Counted from the first letter of the stretch, positions 8,630 through 16,955 are shown. The stretch: DNA of 26,507 bases from a virus (IMGVR_UViG_3300011772_000022:80259-106765); one strand, 5' to 3'. Notes: generated by a model not told the origin, from the letters alone. Made by a program: numbers and translations.

Positions 8630-8972
8630 CTGCCTCTAAAGCAACCACTCACTGCCTCTACATGAACAACTCACTGCCTCTCAAGGGATTCCTCCTGCCT
8701 CCTCCCTGCCTCCTCCTGATTTTCATGGATTTCAATAGGAACCCTTCAGCTCGTGCAGGGTCTCTCGAACCGAAACTAGTGTTTTACTTATAGGGGTTGG
8801 GGACTAACAGTGTCTTACCTACTGGTGGTCGTTGTCCGACGTTTGAAGGTGGGGGGTTGACAAGAATCTATATCGATGTTTGTGAATATACCATGTTCGG
8901 TGGTCGGGGTGTCGGGGTGTGTCGAGGGGTGCCGAGTGGTCGGGGTGTGCCTGCCTGCCTCCTGCCTGCCTC
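8630..8972. repeat. Phased CTGCCTC direct repeats (7 copies)
   Basis: Starts at 8630, 8652, 8674, 8695, 8706, 8955, 8966. Confidence 0.8.
8906..8945 (+). repeat. GTCGGGGTGT-type repeats with four GGGG tracts
   Basis: GGGG at 8906, 8914, 8926, 8942. Confidence 0.7.
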
Positions 8973-9017
8973 GTGTGTGCATGATGTGTGTACGTTGTAT
9001 ATACATACATTATATAC

Positions 9018-9056
9018 ATAGGATATATACATATGTTATATATGTATATATCCTAT
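9018..9056. repeat. Perfect 17-bp AT-rich inverted repeat
   Basis: ATAGGATATATACATAT - GTTAT - ATATGTATATATCCTAT. Confidence 0.85.
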
Positions 9057-9066
9057 ATGTTATATA

Positions 9067-10026
9067 TTATATTGCGTGGTTCTGAATCTCATTCAGCAAG
9101 GTACCCCACCCACCTGACAGGTCTATGTTCTGTATAGGGTGCATGTTACCCGTGCGTGTGCGTGTGCACATCTCATCTTCCCAATTATCACATAGTACAA
9201 TCCAGTGTCTGTTTACAAAGCGGTCTTCCTGATATTTCTGTGTTGCCGTACGTTCTCTATAGTCCCCACGTAGGTTAAAGCGCATCCCTAGGTAATGACC
9301 TACCTTCGTTGCACGACCTCCGTTTGTGAAGACCATCAATGGTCTATCTGCCCAATTATCCTGCGTGAGTACCAAAGCGCCTCCATCTTTAGATGGTAAA
9401 ATCAATTGGGAGTCAGGTTTGATAAATAAAGCCGTTTTGCCTCTGTCTTTTCCTATGAGAATTATCTCGCCTTGTGAAGCATCTAAATATTTTTTCCATT
9501 GTGCCGGGGAATAACCTTTAATCTCCTTTCTCATTGCCTTATAAGCCGAGGAGTGGTCCTTATATTTATCTGCTTTCAATATATCTAAGTAAGGCAATAG
9601 TGAGTAGTATATATTCTCATAGCTTTCTCCTTTGCCGTCATATAGAACCCGTAATCCCTCTGCATTGAATCGCTCTTCCAAAGTAACCGCCGTTAGGTTC
9701 TGCACCGCATCCTCTAAACGTTCGCCTTTTGTATTGCCTTCTGCCTCTTTGATTTCCGCACGTACCGTATCGAAGCCTGCAAGGATGGATTCCATATCCA
9801 ATTGCTTCGGTGCCTCTGCCTTTGGTTCCGCCTCCTGCTCAACCGCCTCTACCATTGCGTTTACGATTGCGCTCTCTTTAGATGGTTTCGATTCTTCAGC
9901 GACCTTGATTGCATCCAATTCAGCAGCCTGTTTTCTTGCTTCCAATTCTGCTTTTGATGGGCGACCACGTTTTTTCTTTGGAGCCTCTACAGTTTCGTTT
10001 ACGTTACCTTTGATTTCTTTTGTCAT
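9067..10026 (-). CDS. Hypothetical protein with N-terminal AT-hook-like motif
   Basis: About 319 aa; PKKKRGRPSK near N-terminus; second ATG (10026) has correct AGGAGG spacing. Confidence 0.7.
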   Translation of the reverse strand: MTKEIKGNVNETVEAPKKKRGRPSKAELEARKQAAELDAIKVAEESKPSKESAIVNAMVEAVEQEAEPKAEAPKQLDMESILAGFDTVRAEIKEAEGNTKGERLEDAVQNLTAVTLEERFNAEGLRVLYDGKGESYENIYYSLLPYLDILKADKYKDHSSAYKAMRKEIKGYSPAQWKKYLDASQGEIILIGKDRGKTALFIKPDSQLILPSKDGGALVLTQDNWADRPLMVFTNGGRATKVGHYLGMRFNLRGDYRERTATQKYQEDRFVNRHWIVLCDNWEDEMCTRTRTGNMHPIQNIDLSGGWGTLLNEIQNHAI

Positions 10027-10122
10027 TTTCATTTCCTCCTAAGTTTTGGTGTGATTCGGCGTAGCCTTCGCCGTTTTCCTTATACTCTATTATATTCCCC
10101 GTTTGGGGTAAATATTCCTTCT

Positions 10123-10389
10123 TTATTTTGAAAGTTTTTCTACTTTCAGAATTGCATCGTGGTCTTGGTTCATCCAAACCCTTACTTTGTCGCCTTCTTT
10201 TACGTTCTCTTCCTTATCCAATACCAAGCCCGCATCCGATGTAAGTGATTCGCCGTAAATGTATTCCGAGTCTTGAGATGTAATGATGTAGTTATCAACC
10301 TCTGCGCCTTTTAATGAATCGTTTTGACATCCCGCTCCGAATAGTAATGCACCTGCAATAATGAATTTAGCCAATTTGTTTCGTACCAT
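10123..10389 (-). CDS. Putative lipoprotein/exported small OB-fold-like protein
   Basis: 88 aa from ATG 10389: basic start, hydrophobic stretch, GAGC lipobox-like Cys; tracked 65-aa extension crosses promoter DNA. Confidence 0.65.
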   Translation of the reverse strand: MVRNKLAKFIIAGALLFGAGCQNDSLKGAEVDNYIITSQDSEYIYGESLTSDAGLVLDKEENVKEGDKVRVWMNQDHDAILKVEKLSK

Positions 10390-10438
10390 GATATTACCAC
10401 CTTTTCCCAATTTTTGTTCCCCGTTCTGGGGTAATTCA

Positions 10439-10467
10439 AATATAACCCATCTTGGGGAATATCGCAA
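10439..10467 (-). promoter_or_regulatory. sigmaA-like promoter
   Basis: TTGCGA (10467-10462), 17 nt, TATATT (10444-10439). Confidence 0.55.
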
Positions 10468-10637
10468 CCCCTTTTCGAAACTTTTTCTCGAATTTCTTTT
10501 TCTTCTATTATAAGGGGAACTTTGGTCGGTCGAATCAGGAGACTTGCGCTTGTCCTCTCCGACCTCCTCGAACTGGCTCTCCAACGTACCGAACGCTTGT
10601 GCCCCTAATTACCTGCGTACCTCCTTGGTGACTGGTA

Positions 10638-10680
10638 GATACTAGTGGCGTATTTTTGTGGGACACTATATGGGGCGGGG
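10638..10680. repeat. Island motif GATACTAGT...GGGACACTATATGG..CGGGG, copy 1
   Basis: Matches 21804-21843 and partly 21899-21920. Confidence 0.7.
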
Positions 10681-10771
10681 TGCGTGGTGGTGTGCGGATG
10701 TGCTCCGTGCCTCGTGTGTGAACTAAAATGCGAAGACACAAATAAGACTCTACCCGTTTATGGATAGAGCC

Positions 10772-10814
10772 TGTTATCATGATGATATCATTTGTGATAT
10801 CAGATGTGATATCA
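10772..10814. repeat. TGATATCA palindrome array
   Basis: Exact TGATATCA at 10783, 10795, 10807; variant TGTTATCA at 10772. Confidence 0.75.
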
Positions 10815-11216
10815 TCCGTGAATTGATGGTTGACCTGCTTTGATATAACAAGATGTACAATAGAATCGATTCGTTACGAATTTATCATAAGTGCCTTCAT
10901 TCTCAAGCATGAATTCAGTTGCCGTCATACCTTCCATTGAACCTAATACCTTATATTCATTCAGTTGTTCCGCCGAAGCCCGGCATCCAATGCATTTAGG
11001 TTCCGGAGCATGATACATAAAGATTTCCTGTTCAGTAGCAGCACGGTTTTCCTTTTTGTTAAACCATTTACCACCGTCACATTCGTTGCACTCTTTCCAT
11101 TCCGGCAAGTTATGTACATCTGGGTCTAAAAAGCCAAAGCCTCCACATTTCTGACACATAGAAAGATTTTCCTTTAGATATTGCTTATATTCTGACATTT
11201 GATTTGGTTTACACAT
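10812..11216 (-). CDS. Cys-rich putative zinc-binding protein
   Basis: CQKCGGFG and CNECDGG (DnaJ-like CxxCxG) plus CIGC and CTSC; own -10 box and leader motif. Confidence 0.65.
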   Translation of the reverse strand: MCKPNQMSEYKQYLKENLSMCQKCGGFGFLDPDVHNLPEWKECNECDGGKWFNKKENRAATEQEIFMYHAPEPKCIGCRASAEQLNEYKVLGSMEGMTATEFMLENEGTYDKFVTNRFYCTSCYIKAGQPSIHG

Positions 11217-11328
11217 TTTACATCATCCCTTCGTTTTGTGATTCCCTTTGATATCTTTATTATATGGGAAGCAGGATAACTATAGAAATTCAATTTCCTC
11301 CGCCAATTGAGGAATACCATTACATCAT

Positions 11329-11431
11329 GTATGAACTCGAAAATGAACTTGAGACTTGTTTTATTATGTAATTATTACATAGCTACACCGTATGAACTCG
11401 AATATTGACTGGTATATGCAGTAACTACGAT
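11329..11431. repeat. ATGAACTYGA repeat cluster in non-coding island
   Basis: Copies at 11331, 11343, 11392; AACTACGAT at 11423; same elements recur at 22514-22679. Confidence 0.7.
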
Positions 11432-11518
11432 ACCGAGATTGCGATTCTAAGCCAATTAACTTTGACTTGGTGACCGATTGTATTACTAATCGTCTTTAAA
11501 CTTGAGGTTGAAAGCAAC

Positions 11519-11540
11519 AAAAAAGAGGGCATTAGCCCCC
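11519..11540 (-). terminator. Intrinsic terminator
   Basis: GGGGGC-TAAT-GCCCTC then T tract, right after stop codon. Confidence 0.7.
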
Positions 11541-12170
11541 TTATTCAGCACCGATTTTTAAATTTTTGATTGCGAGTCTTGAGCATTCCAATTGGCGCAA
11601 TGCTTCATTAATATAATCATCAACGGAATCCGCTCTGTAATTGCCCACCGTTTCCATTAAGAAATCAGCCGTTACATCAAAGAATATCTTTTCCCCTTTA
11701 TGTTGCTCAAGGTATTTATTGATTGTGATTGCGATATCATCCGAGCCGTCACCACGTTCGTAATTAGCATACGTATGAAGGAAAGTCTTTAGAACCGCTG
11801 AAATATCTTCCTCTGAAATATGGTTTGGAAGTAGTTCTTCATCCTCATCCATTTCCTCAAGGTCGCCGAGGTCTTCCATATAGAAGCGATTTGCAACCTC
11901 ATAACGTTCTCTATCATATTTGAATTTGTAACCTGCATTAGCAGTACCTTTCAAACCAATTTCCACTTCACCTAGATAATAATGAGAGCCGAATAATTCA
12001 GCAACATATTCAAGCATTTCCATTTCCGCTTTGATGAACGTTGGAGCCTCAATCGTTTTAACCTCTAAAAAGTATGGAGTTTCCATTTCCTCTACCTTAT
12101 GATAAGAACACATTTCCTTATATTCAGCCGAAACCTGAGCAACCGTGATAACAAATTTGAATTTATTCAT
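11541..12170 (-). CDS. Hypothetical acidic protein
   Basis: 209 aa, GGAGG RBS, upstream TATGAT and leader motif. Confidence 0.75.
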   Translation of the reverse strand: MNKFKFVITVAQVSAEYKEMCSYHKVEEMETPYFLEVKTIEAPTFIKAEMEMLEYVAELFGSHYYLGEVEIGLKGTANAGYKFKYDRERYEVANRFYMEDLGDLEEMDEDEELLPNHISEEDISAVLKTFLHTYANYERGDGSDDIAITINKYLEQHKGEKIFFDVTADFLMETVGNYRADSVDDYINEALRQLECSRLAIKNLKIGAE

Positions 12171-12255
12171 AATAAAACCGCCTCCGAAATGATTTAGTAA
12201 GGTGTGTGATGACCTTCTATAAACATCATACCCGGTAGGCGGTGACTGGTATACA

Positions 12256-12537
12256 TTAGTTTCCGAAAGGATTTGCGATTGCTCTTTCTATTTCTTCTTC
12301 CCTGCTTATCTCATCTATAAAGACCACCTTCTCATCATTGCGGGAATAGTCGTCTTCCCTTCTCTCTTTGAATTCCCGTGCCATCTCTTTAGTGATTTGC
12401 TCATCCGAGGCAATCCAATTCTTATTATAGGAAGAGACCGGAGCAGGAGCAGGGAACTGCACTTGCGCTTGGTGTAACCTTTTCTGGAACTCGGCGAAGA
12501 ATTCATCCATTGTCATATCCTTAATCAGCTTTGACAT
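12256..12537 (-). CDS. Hypothetical protein
   Basis: 93 aa from ATG 12537 behind AAGGAGG. Confidence 0.65.
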   Translation of the reverse strand: MSKLIKDMTMDEFFAEFQKRLHQAQVQFPAPAPVSSYNKNWIASDEQITKEMAREFKERREDDYSRNDEKVVFIDEISREEEIERAIANPFGN

Positions 12538-12736
12538 CACTTGTCTCCTCCTTAACTGGCGCTTGACCTGCAAGGCGCTTATTACGAATCGTATGAACTG
12601 CATGAAGTATAGCAGCATTCACAACTTCCCCGATTGCCATTGGTTTAGGTCGGTTATCAATTAGCATATCTTCCACTAGTAACTCAAGCACATTCTCCAA
12701 ATCAACTGTCACTTGTATTGTTTGTTTATCGTACAT
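12521..12736 (-). CDS. Hypothetical protein
   Basis: 71 aa with RBS, directly after the RHH gene. Confidence 0.6.
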   Translation of the reverse strand: MYDKQTIQVTVDLENVLELLVEDMLIDNRPKPMAIGEVVNAAILHAVHTIRNKRLAGQAPVKEETSDVKAD

Positions 12737-12737
12737 T

Positions 12738-12926
12738 CTACTTCATCCCCTCTTGTAACTTCTCTATTTGTTTTTGCTTAATCACTACATGTGTCTTCAA
12801 CTTGCCCGCCACCCATAATTCTAGGTTGAATCTAATTATTTCACTCACTGGCACTCCGGTCTCCTCTGACTTCCTCTGTACTTCCGCTTTAAGCTCCTCA
12901 GAAACTCTCACTGGTATCGTAGGCAT
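12738..12926 (-). CDS. Ribbon-helix-helix (CopG/Arc-like) regulator
   Basis: 62 aa: TIPVRV beta-ribbon, SEELKAEVQRKSEETG helix, VSEIIRFNLELW helix. Confidence 0.8.
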   Translation of the reverse strand: MPTIPVRVSEELKAEVQRKSEETGVPVSEIIRFNLELWVAGKLKTHVVIKQKQIEKLQEGMK

Positions 12927-12942
12927 CTCTCCTGCTCCCTTC

Positions 12943-12992
12943 GTATATACTTGGTATATACATAGTATACACCGTGTATCTACACATTACAA
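12943..12992 (-). promoter_or_regulatory. sigmaA promoter overlapped by four phased operator boxes
   Basis: TTGTAA (12992-12987), 17 nt, TATACT (12969-12964); GTATATAC-like boxes at 12943, 12954, 12965, 12976. Confidence 0.75.
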
Positions 12993-13494
12993 CTGTTATT
13001 TTCGGGAACTTTAGTTCCTCATGGACACTAAAAGGTAAGGCGAAACTGTTCGGTCAACTAGGCGCAAACCCTTGGTATGACTGGCTTCGGAGTGTTCGGG
13101 GTGGCTGCACTAGGGGTCATGACCATACTAGAGGGGTCCATTGTGTGGGTTGGTTTGCTAGGGTTAATTTTCAGTTCTTAACTAATCTAAAGACTGTTTG
13201 TCTCTTATTCTATGGTTAGTAATGATGGATATACTTGTTATTTGTTTCCCGCCCGCCGGGATATTCTGATTTATGGGAACTGTTGAACCGTTGGTGTTAT
13301 GGGCTTCTAACAACTCACTGGTACTTGTCTTCATTGGTGACCCAAGTTCTTTTTCCTTCCCGCCCGAATATTTTGGCGAACTATGGTTTTGTGAGCGTGA
13401 TACTAGGAGCCTATAAACCTGCGCCACTAGTGGGGTGGTGGCGTGTTGGGGGTAGGTGTATGACATGATTTTCGATTGCCCGCCGGAATACATG

Positions 13495-13528
13495 AAAAAA
13501 CCGTATGACCAAAAAGTCACACGGTTTT
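13495..13528 (-). terminator. Intrinsic terminator
   Basis: Minus-strand AAAACCGTGTGAC-TTTTT-GGTCATACGG followed by T6. Confidence 0.7.
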
Positions 13529-13573
13529 CGAAGTTACTTAAAGTTGTTATTAGTTGTTGTTTGTTGTTATTAC

Positions 13574-14179
13574 TTACAAATTGCCGTTCTTAATCAGTTC
13601 TTCACAAAATACCTCTACCATGATATCAGTTTCGACCTTATCCAGTTTGCTTACAAGGTCTTTAATCGTTTCTAAATCCTCTTTTGGGATGTCTTCCACT
13701 CTTCTTAGGTGGTATGTATCCCACATTTCGAAGAGTTCCGCCGTCTCATCCTTGGATAGTACCGAGCGGTGCATTTCCCCTCTCACATCCGATTGACCAC
13801 CTGAAACCGATTCGAAATAGATTTCTTTATCATTGATATCAAATGATTCAGGATATAAAGATGTATCATAAACTGCTTCAATTCCATCTCGTTCAAATAC
13901 ATACCCTGCTAATTCACTATATTTTATATCATTATCTTTTAAGATTCCTACCACTTCACAAGAGTCCCAATAGTCAACTCGTTCTTCTAAGATTTCTAAA
14001 GCGGTATCGGAATTATATTCAAATGGTCGAACAACATCAAAACTTACACTAAATGTTCCGCCACCGTTGATTGAAAATCCTTGTGCACGAACTCCGAAAT
14101 CAACTAGGACAATGTTATTATCCTCTGTAATACCTAAGAATACCTTTTCTACTCTACCAACTACGTTTTCAACTGTCAT
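13574..14179 (-). CDS. Hypothetical acidic protein
   Basis: 201 aa, AGGAGG RBS. Confidence 0.75.
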   Translation of the reverse strand: MTVENVVGRVEKVFLGITEDNNIVLVDFGVRAQGFSINGGGTFSVSFDVVRPFEYNSDTALEILEERVDYWDSCEVVGILKDNDIKYSELAGYVFERDGIEAVYDTSLYPESFDINDKEIYFESVSGGQSDVRGEMHRSVLSKDETAELFEMWDTYHLRRVEDIPKEDLETIKDLVSKLDKVETDIMVEVFCEELIKNGNL

Positions 14180-14232
14180 ATCTCATTCCTCCTATAAGGT
14201 CGGTTTGTCTTTGAATCGTATTTCTAACTAGC

Positions 14233-14250
14233 CCCGCCCCGAAGGGCAGG
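14233..14250 (-). other. C(UUCG)G hairpin
   Basis: CCTGCCC-TTCG-GGGCGGG on minus strand, no U tract. Confidence 0.55.
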
Positions 14251-14257
14251 AATTGAA

Positions 14258-14692
14258 CTACATTTTTACTTCAGTGCGTTCCGAAATCTTATCACCGTGC
14301 TCGATAATCGTTCCTAATAATTCAAGTAGTACGTTATCTGCAATTGGTTCCGGCATTCTTTCCATTAATCGATTACGAATTTCACCAGTAAGAGTTAAAT
14401 ATATTTTCAAGAAATCTGATAAGCTAAATTCACCAACAACACCCGTTGCAATGCCTCCTTTTGTCGTAGACATAACAACTGCGCCTGCTCCATGTAATGG
14501 CATATTGCGTTTTTCATGGTCAATTAGGATTCGAACTTGTTCCTCAGATTCAGCAGTAGCAGCACTTGGTTGCTCCATAATTTGTTTAATTGTTTTAGCC
14601 GTTGCTAGTTCAATAAGGTCACCGATTACATCTTTTTCCTTTTTAGCTCCACCTAAGATTGATTTTAATAATTGCTCGATATTGTTTGCCAT
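14258..14692 (-). CDS. Hypothetical protein
   Basis: 144 aa from ATG 14692 behind GGAGG. Confidence 0.7.
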   Translation of the reverse strand: MANNIEQLLKSILGGAKKEKDVIGDLIELATAKTIKQIMEQPSAATAESEEQVRILIDHEKRNMPLHGAGAVVMSTTKGGIATGVVGEFSLSDFLKIYLTLTGEIRNRLMERMPEPIADNVLLELLGTIIEHGDKISERTEVKM

Positions 14693-14745
14693 TTGAATTT
14701 CCTCCAATTATATAGTTAAATTTTGTTTTGGTTTTATAATAAAGC

Positions 14746-15099
14746 CTAGTGTAACGGAATAACAGGCGCTTTCTTTCTGTTTTTCGCTAATGCTTCCAGT
14801 TGTTCTGTTAAAATACGATGTCTTTCATTGAATGCCTCAAGTAATAACTGGGGTGGCATCCCTGCTTCATGTAGTCTTTCTACCACAATTTGTTCGATGC
14901 GGTCGATTGCCAGTAATAGCTCCGGCGGTGTCATCTTTCCGATTAAAGAAGGAACTGCGTATGTTAATACTTCGCCGTCTTCTTCCTTATCGATGAATGA
15001 TACAACGGCAACCCCTCTTGCTTTTTCCTCATAATTTCCGAATTCGTCCCCGCCCTTAATGCTTACAGGTAGGAAATTATCTGCTTTGTGCTCTGTCAT
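14746..15099 (-). CDS. Hypothetical protein
   Basis: 117 aa, AGGAGG RBS, upstream TGGTATTAT extended -10-like box. Confidence 0.7.
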   Translation of the reverse strand: MTEHKADNFLPVSIKGGDEFGNYEEKARGVAVVSFIDKEEDGEVLTYAVPSLIGKMTPPELLLAIDRIEQIVVERLHEAGMPPQLLLEAFNERHRILTEQLEALAKNRKKAPVIPLH

Positions 15100-15216
15100 G
15101 GCTTTGCCTCCTAGAATTTTTTATCTATATTGTAGGTATTACCCCCACACCAATATAATACCATGATGTGGGCAACTACCGAACAATCAATTTTTAACAA
15201 TTATAAGTGTTATTAC

Positions 15217-15480
15217 TTAGCGTTGATATGATTCCCCAAAGTCTAAAAGTGGATTGTAAGCCAGTTTTTCAGTCATTGCGATGCGTTTTGCCTTTGTAAC
15301 CGCCTCTGTCTTTGAGCGAATACCAGATGTAATCATGTTAATTTTCCCGCCGATTCGAGTTACAATTACATGGTCGCTCCATCCATCCAAATAAAGATTA
15401 TTGACAACCATAACACGACCTTTAGAAGCGAATTTTTCCAGTTTCTTAGTATTGAATCTTTCCATTGTAATCATAGCCAT
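15217..15480 (-). CDS. Hypothetical basic protein
   Basis: 87 aa from ATG 15480 behind GGAGG; leader motif upstream. Confidence 0.7.
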   Translation of the reverse strand: MAMITMERFNTKKLEKFASKGRVMVVNNLYLDGWSDHVIVTRIGGKINMITSGIRSKTEAVTKAKRIAMTEKLAYNPLLDFGESYQR

Positions 15481-15551
15481 TTTAAAGCCCTCCATTTAAT
15501 GTGTGATTTATTTGTTAACCTTAGTATCCCATGTATTATACAACTATAGTA

Positions 15552-15746
15552 TTACTTTTTAATCACCGTTCGGTACTCGTATCCACAATCATAGCCATTA
15601 CATTCGTGATTCTCAAACGTTCCGTGAGAACTCGTGTGGAAGGAAGTGCTCCCACAATGAGGGCACTTCGGTTTGCTATTCCTCCACTTTTCGATTTCTC
15701 GTTGTTGAATCATTCCGTACACTTGTTTCATGATAAAATCTGTCAT
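15552..15746 (-). CDS. Small zinc-ribbon-like protein
   Basis: CPHC...CNGYDC; TAATG coupling. Confidence 0.65.
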   Translation of the reverse strand: MTDFIMKQVYGMIQQREIEKWRNSKPKCPHCGSTSFHTSSHGTFENHECNGYDCGYEYRTVIKK

Positions 15747-16078
15747 TATTCTGTATCTCCCTTGAACTGATGTATCTTGTAATCATCGATATTAATAACC
15801 TCATAGTCATTGTCAGCTAATGCTTCTTTCAACGTTTCAGCCAGTGGATAGAATGTGAAGTCTTCGTTGTGAATGTCCTCAATAAAGTTCTCTTTAGATA
15901 CATAGCCCTGTATGTCATTGTAATCTGGACTGATATAGTCGTAACCCGCCACCAATTCAAGAGAGAACAAGAAACCTATTTCCGTACTTTGTAACTGTCT
16001 GAATGATGTTAGTTTATAAAGTTTCTTATCACTATTTTTCACATACGTTGTTCCGTATAAGTCGAGTGTACCCCACAT
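15746..16078 (-). CDS. Hypothetical protein
   Basis: 110 aa from ATG 16078 (TAATG coupling, AAGGAGG). Confidence 0.65.
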   Translation of the reverse strand: MWGTLDLYGTTYVKNSDKKLYKLTSFRQLQSTEIGFLFSLELVAGYDYISPDYNDIQGYVSKENFIEDIHNEDFTFYPLAETLKEALADNDYEVINIDDYKIHQFKGDTE

Positions 16079-16290
16079 TAGACTGCCTCCTTCCAATATT
16101 TCTTAGGTAATGGAATCGCTTTGAAGTGGTGACCAATACCATAAGCCATACTATATTCTTGTATTAAATATCTTTTATCAGAACTGTCCTTTGCATAATC
16201 ACAATGTTCGTATGCTCTGTCATAAGGAGTTTTAACTAGGATTTGATATTGATAGCCTTGTTGCGGTTCATATGCCTTTGGTCTGCTCAT
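16078..16290 (-). CDS. Hypothetical protein
   Basis: 70 aa, GGAGG RBS, coupled to both neighbours. Confidence 0.7.
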   Translation of the reverse strand: MSRPKAYEPQQGYQYQILVKTPYDRAYEHCDYAKDSSDKRYLIQEYSMAYGIGHHFKAIPLPKKYWKEAV

Positions 16291-16955
16291 TAGTTTTGTC
16301 CTCCCACTACTGGTTTTTCATAGAATCGGTCAAGGTCTTCTTTCCACATACCAACTTTGGTTACAGATTTGATATCATCTTGAGCATCACTATTGAATCG
16401 TACGTCTACTAAATCGCCAACTCGAAAATCATCTTTTTCTAATACGATTGTGCGATTTGGTCGGTTATTATCGACACCATAAATGTACTTGTCTTCGTCA
16501 ATGTTCACGTTATAATCCTTTGCGCTTACCAATTTATATTGACGGATATAGTTGTAATTGTATCCGGCATGGATAAGTGTATCATGATTGAATGTAGCTT
16601 CCACAAGGGCACCCGTTTCCAGTTCGTTGTAATCCAAATCCCAATCCTCTGCATCGATGTAATAAGTGTCATTAGGGTTATATTGGTTCACAACGTCGGC
16701 GCCTTTAGAATCGATTTTAGTAACCTTAAAGTATTGAGTGAATACATTATCCGTTCCGCTTTCAATTTCACCAGTACCAGTTGCATGAGTGTCAGAGTTA
16801 ACACCAGTATGATTTGTATTCTGAACTTGAGCACAAGTAGTTTCTGCTGCTTCAACTTGGGAAGTACCTTGTTCCACGTTTCCTGCTACATATCCACCAA
16901 CTAATAATCCTAATGCAAGACCTGCTTTTTTGATTGTGTTCATTAATTTTTTCAT
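16290..16955 (-). CDS. Exported protein with two OB-fold-like repeats
   Basis: Signal-peptide-like N-terminus; C-terminal domain aligns by eye with the 10123-10389 protein. Confidence 0.7.
   Translation of the reverse strand: MKKLMNTIKKAGLALGLLVGGYVAGNVEQGTSQVEAAETTCAQVQNTNHTGVNSDTHATGTGEIESGTDNVFTQYFKVTKIDSKGADVVNQYNPNDTYYIDAEDWDLDYNELETGALVEATFNHDTLIHAGYNYNYIRQYKLVSAKDYNVNIDEDKYIYGVDNNRPNRTIVLEKDDFRVGDLVDVRFNSDAQDDIKSVTKVGMWKEDLDRFYEKPVVGGQN

Noticed and set aside
8797-9085. Short ORFs across the repeat hub
   Set aside because: Translations of low-complexity repeats without RBS.
13182-13520. 112-aa minus-strand ORF
   Set aside because: Starts inside a terminator, no RBS, atypical composition.
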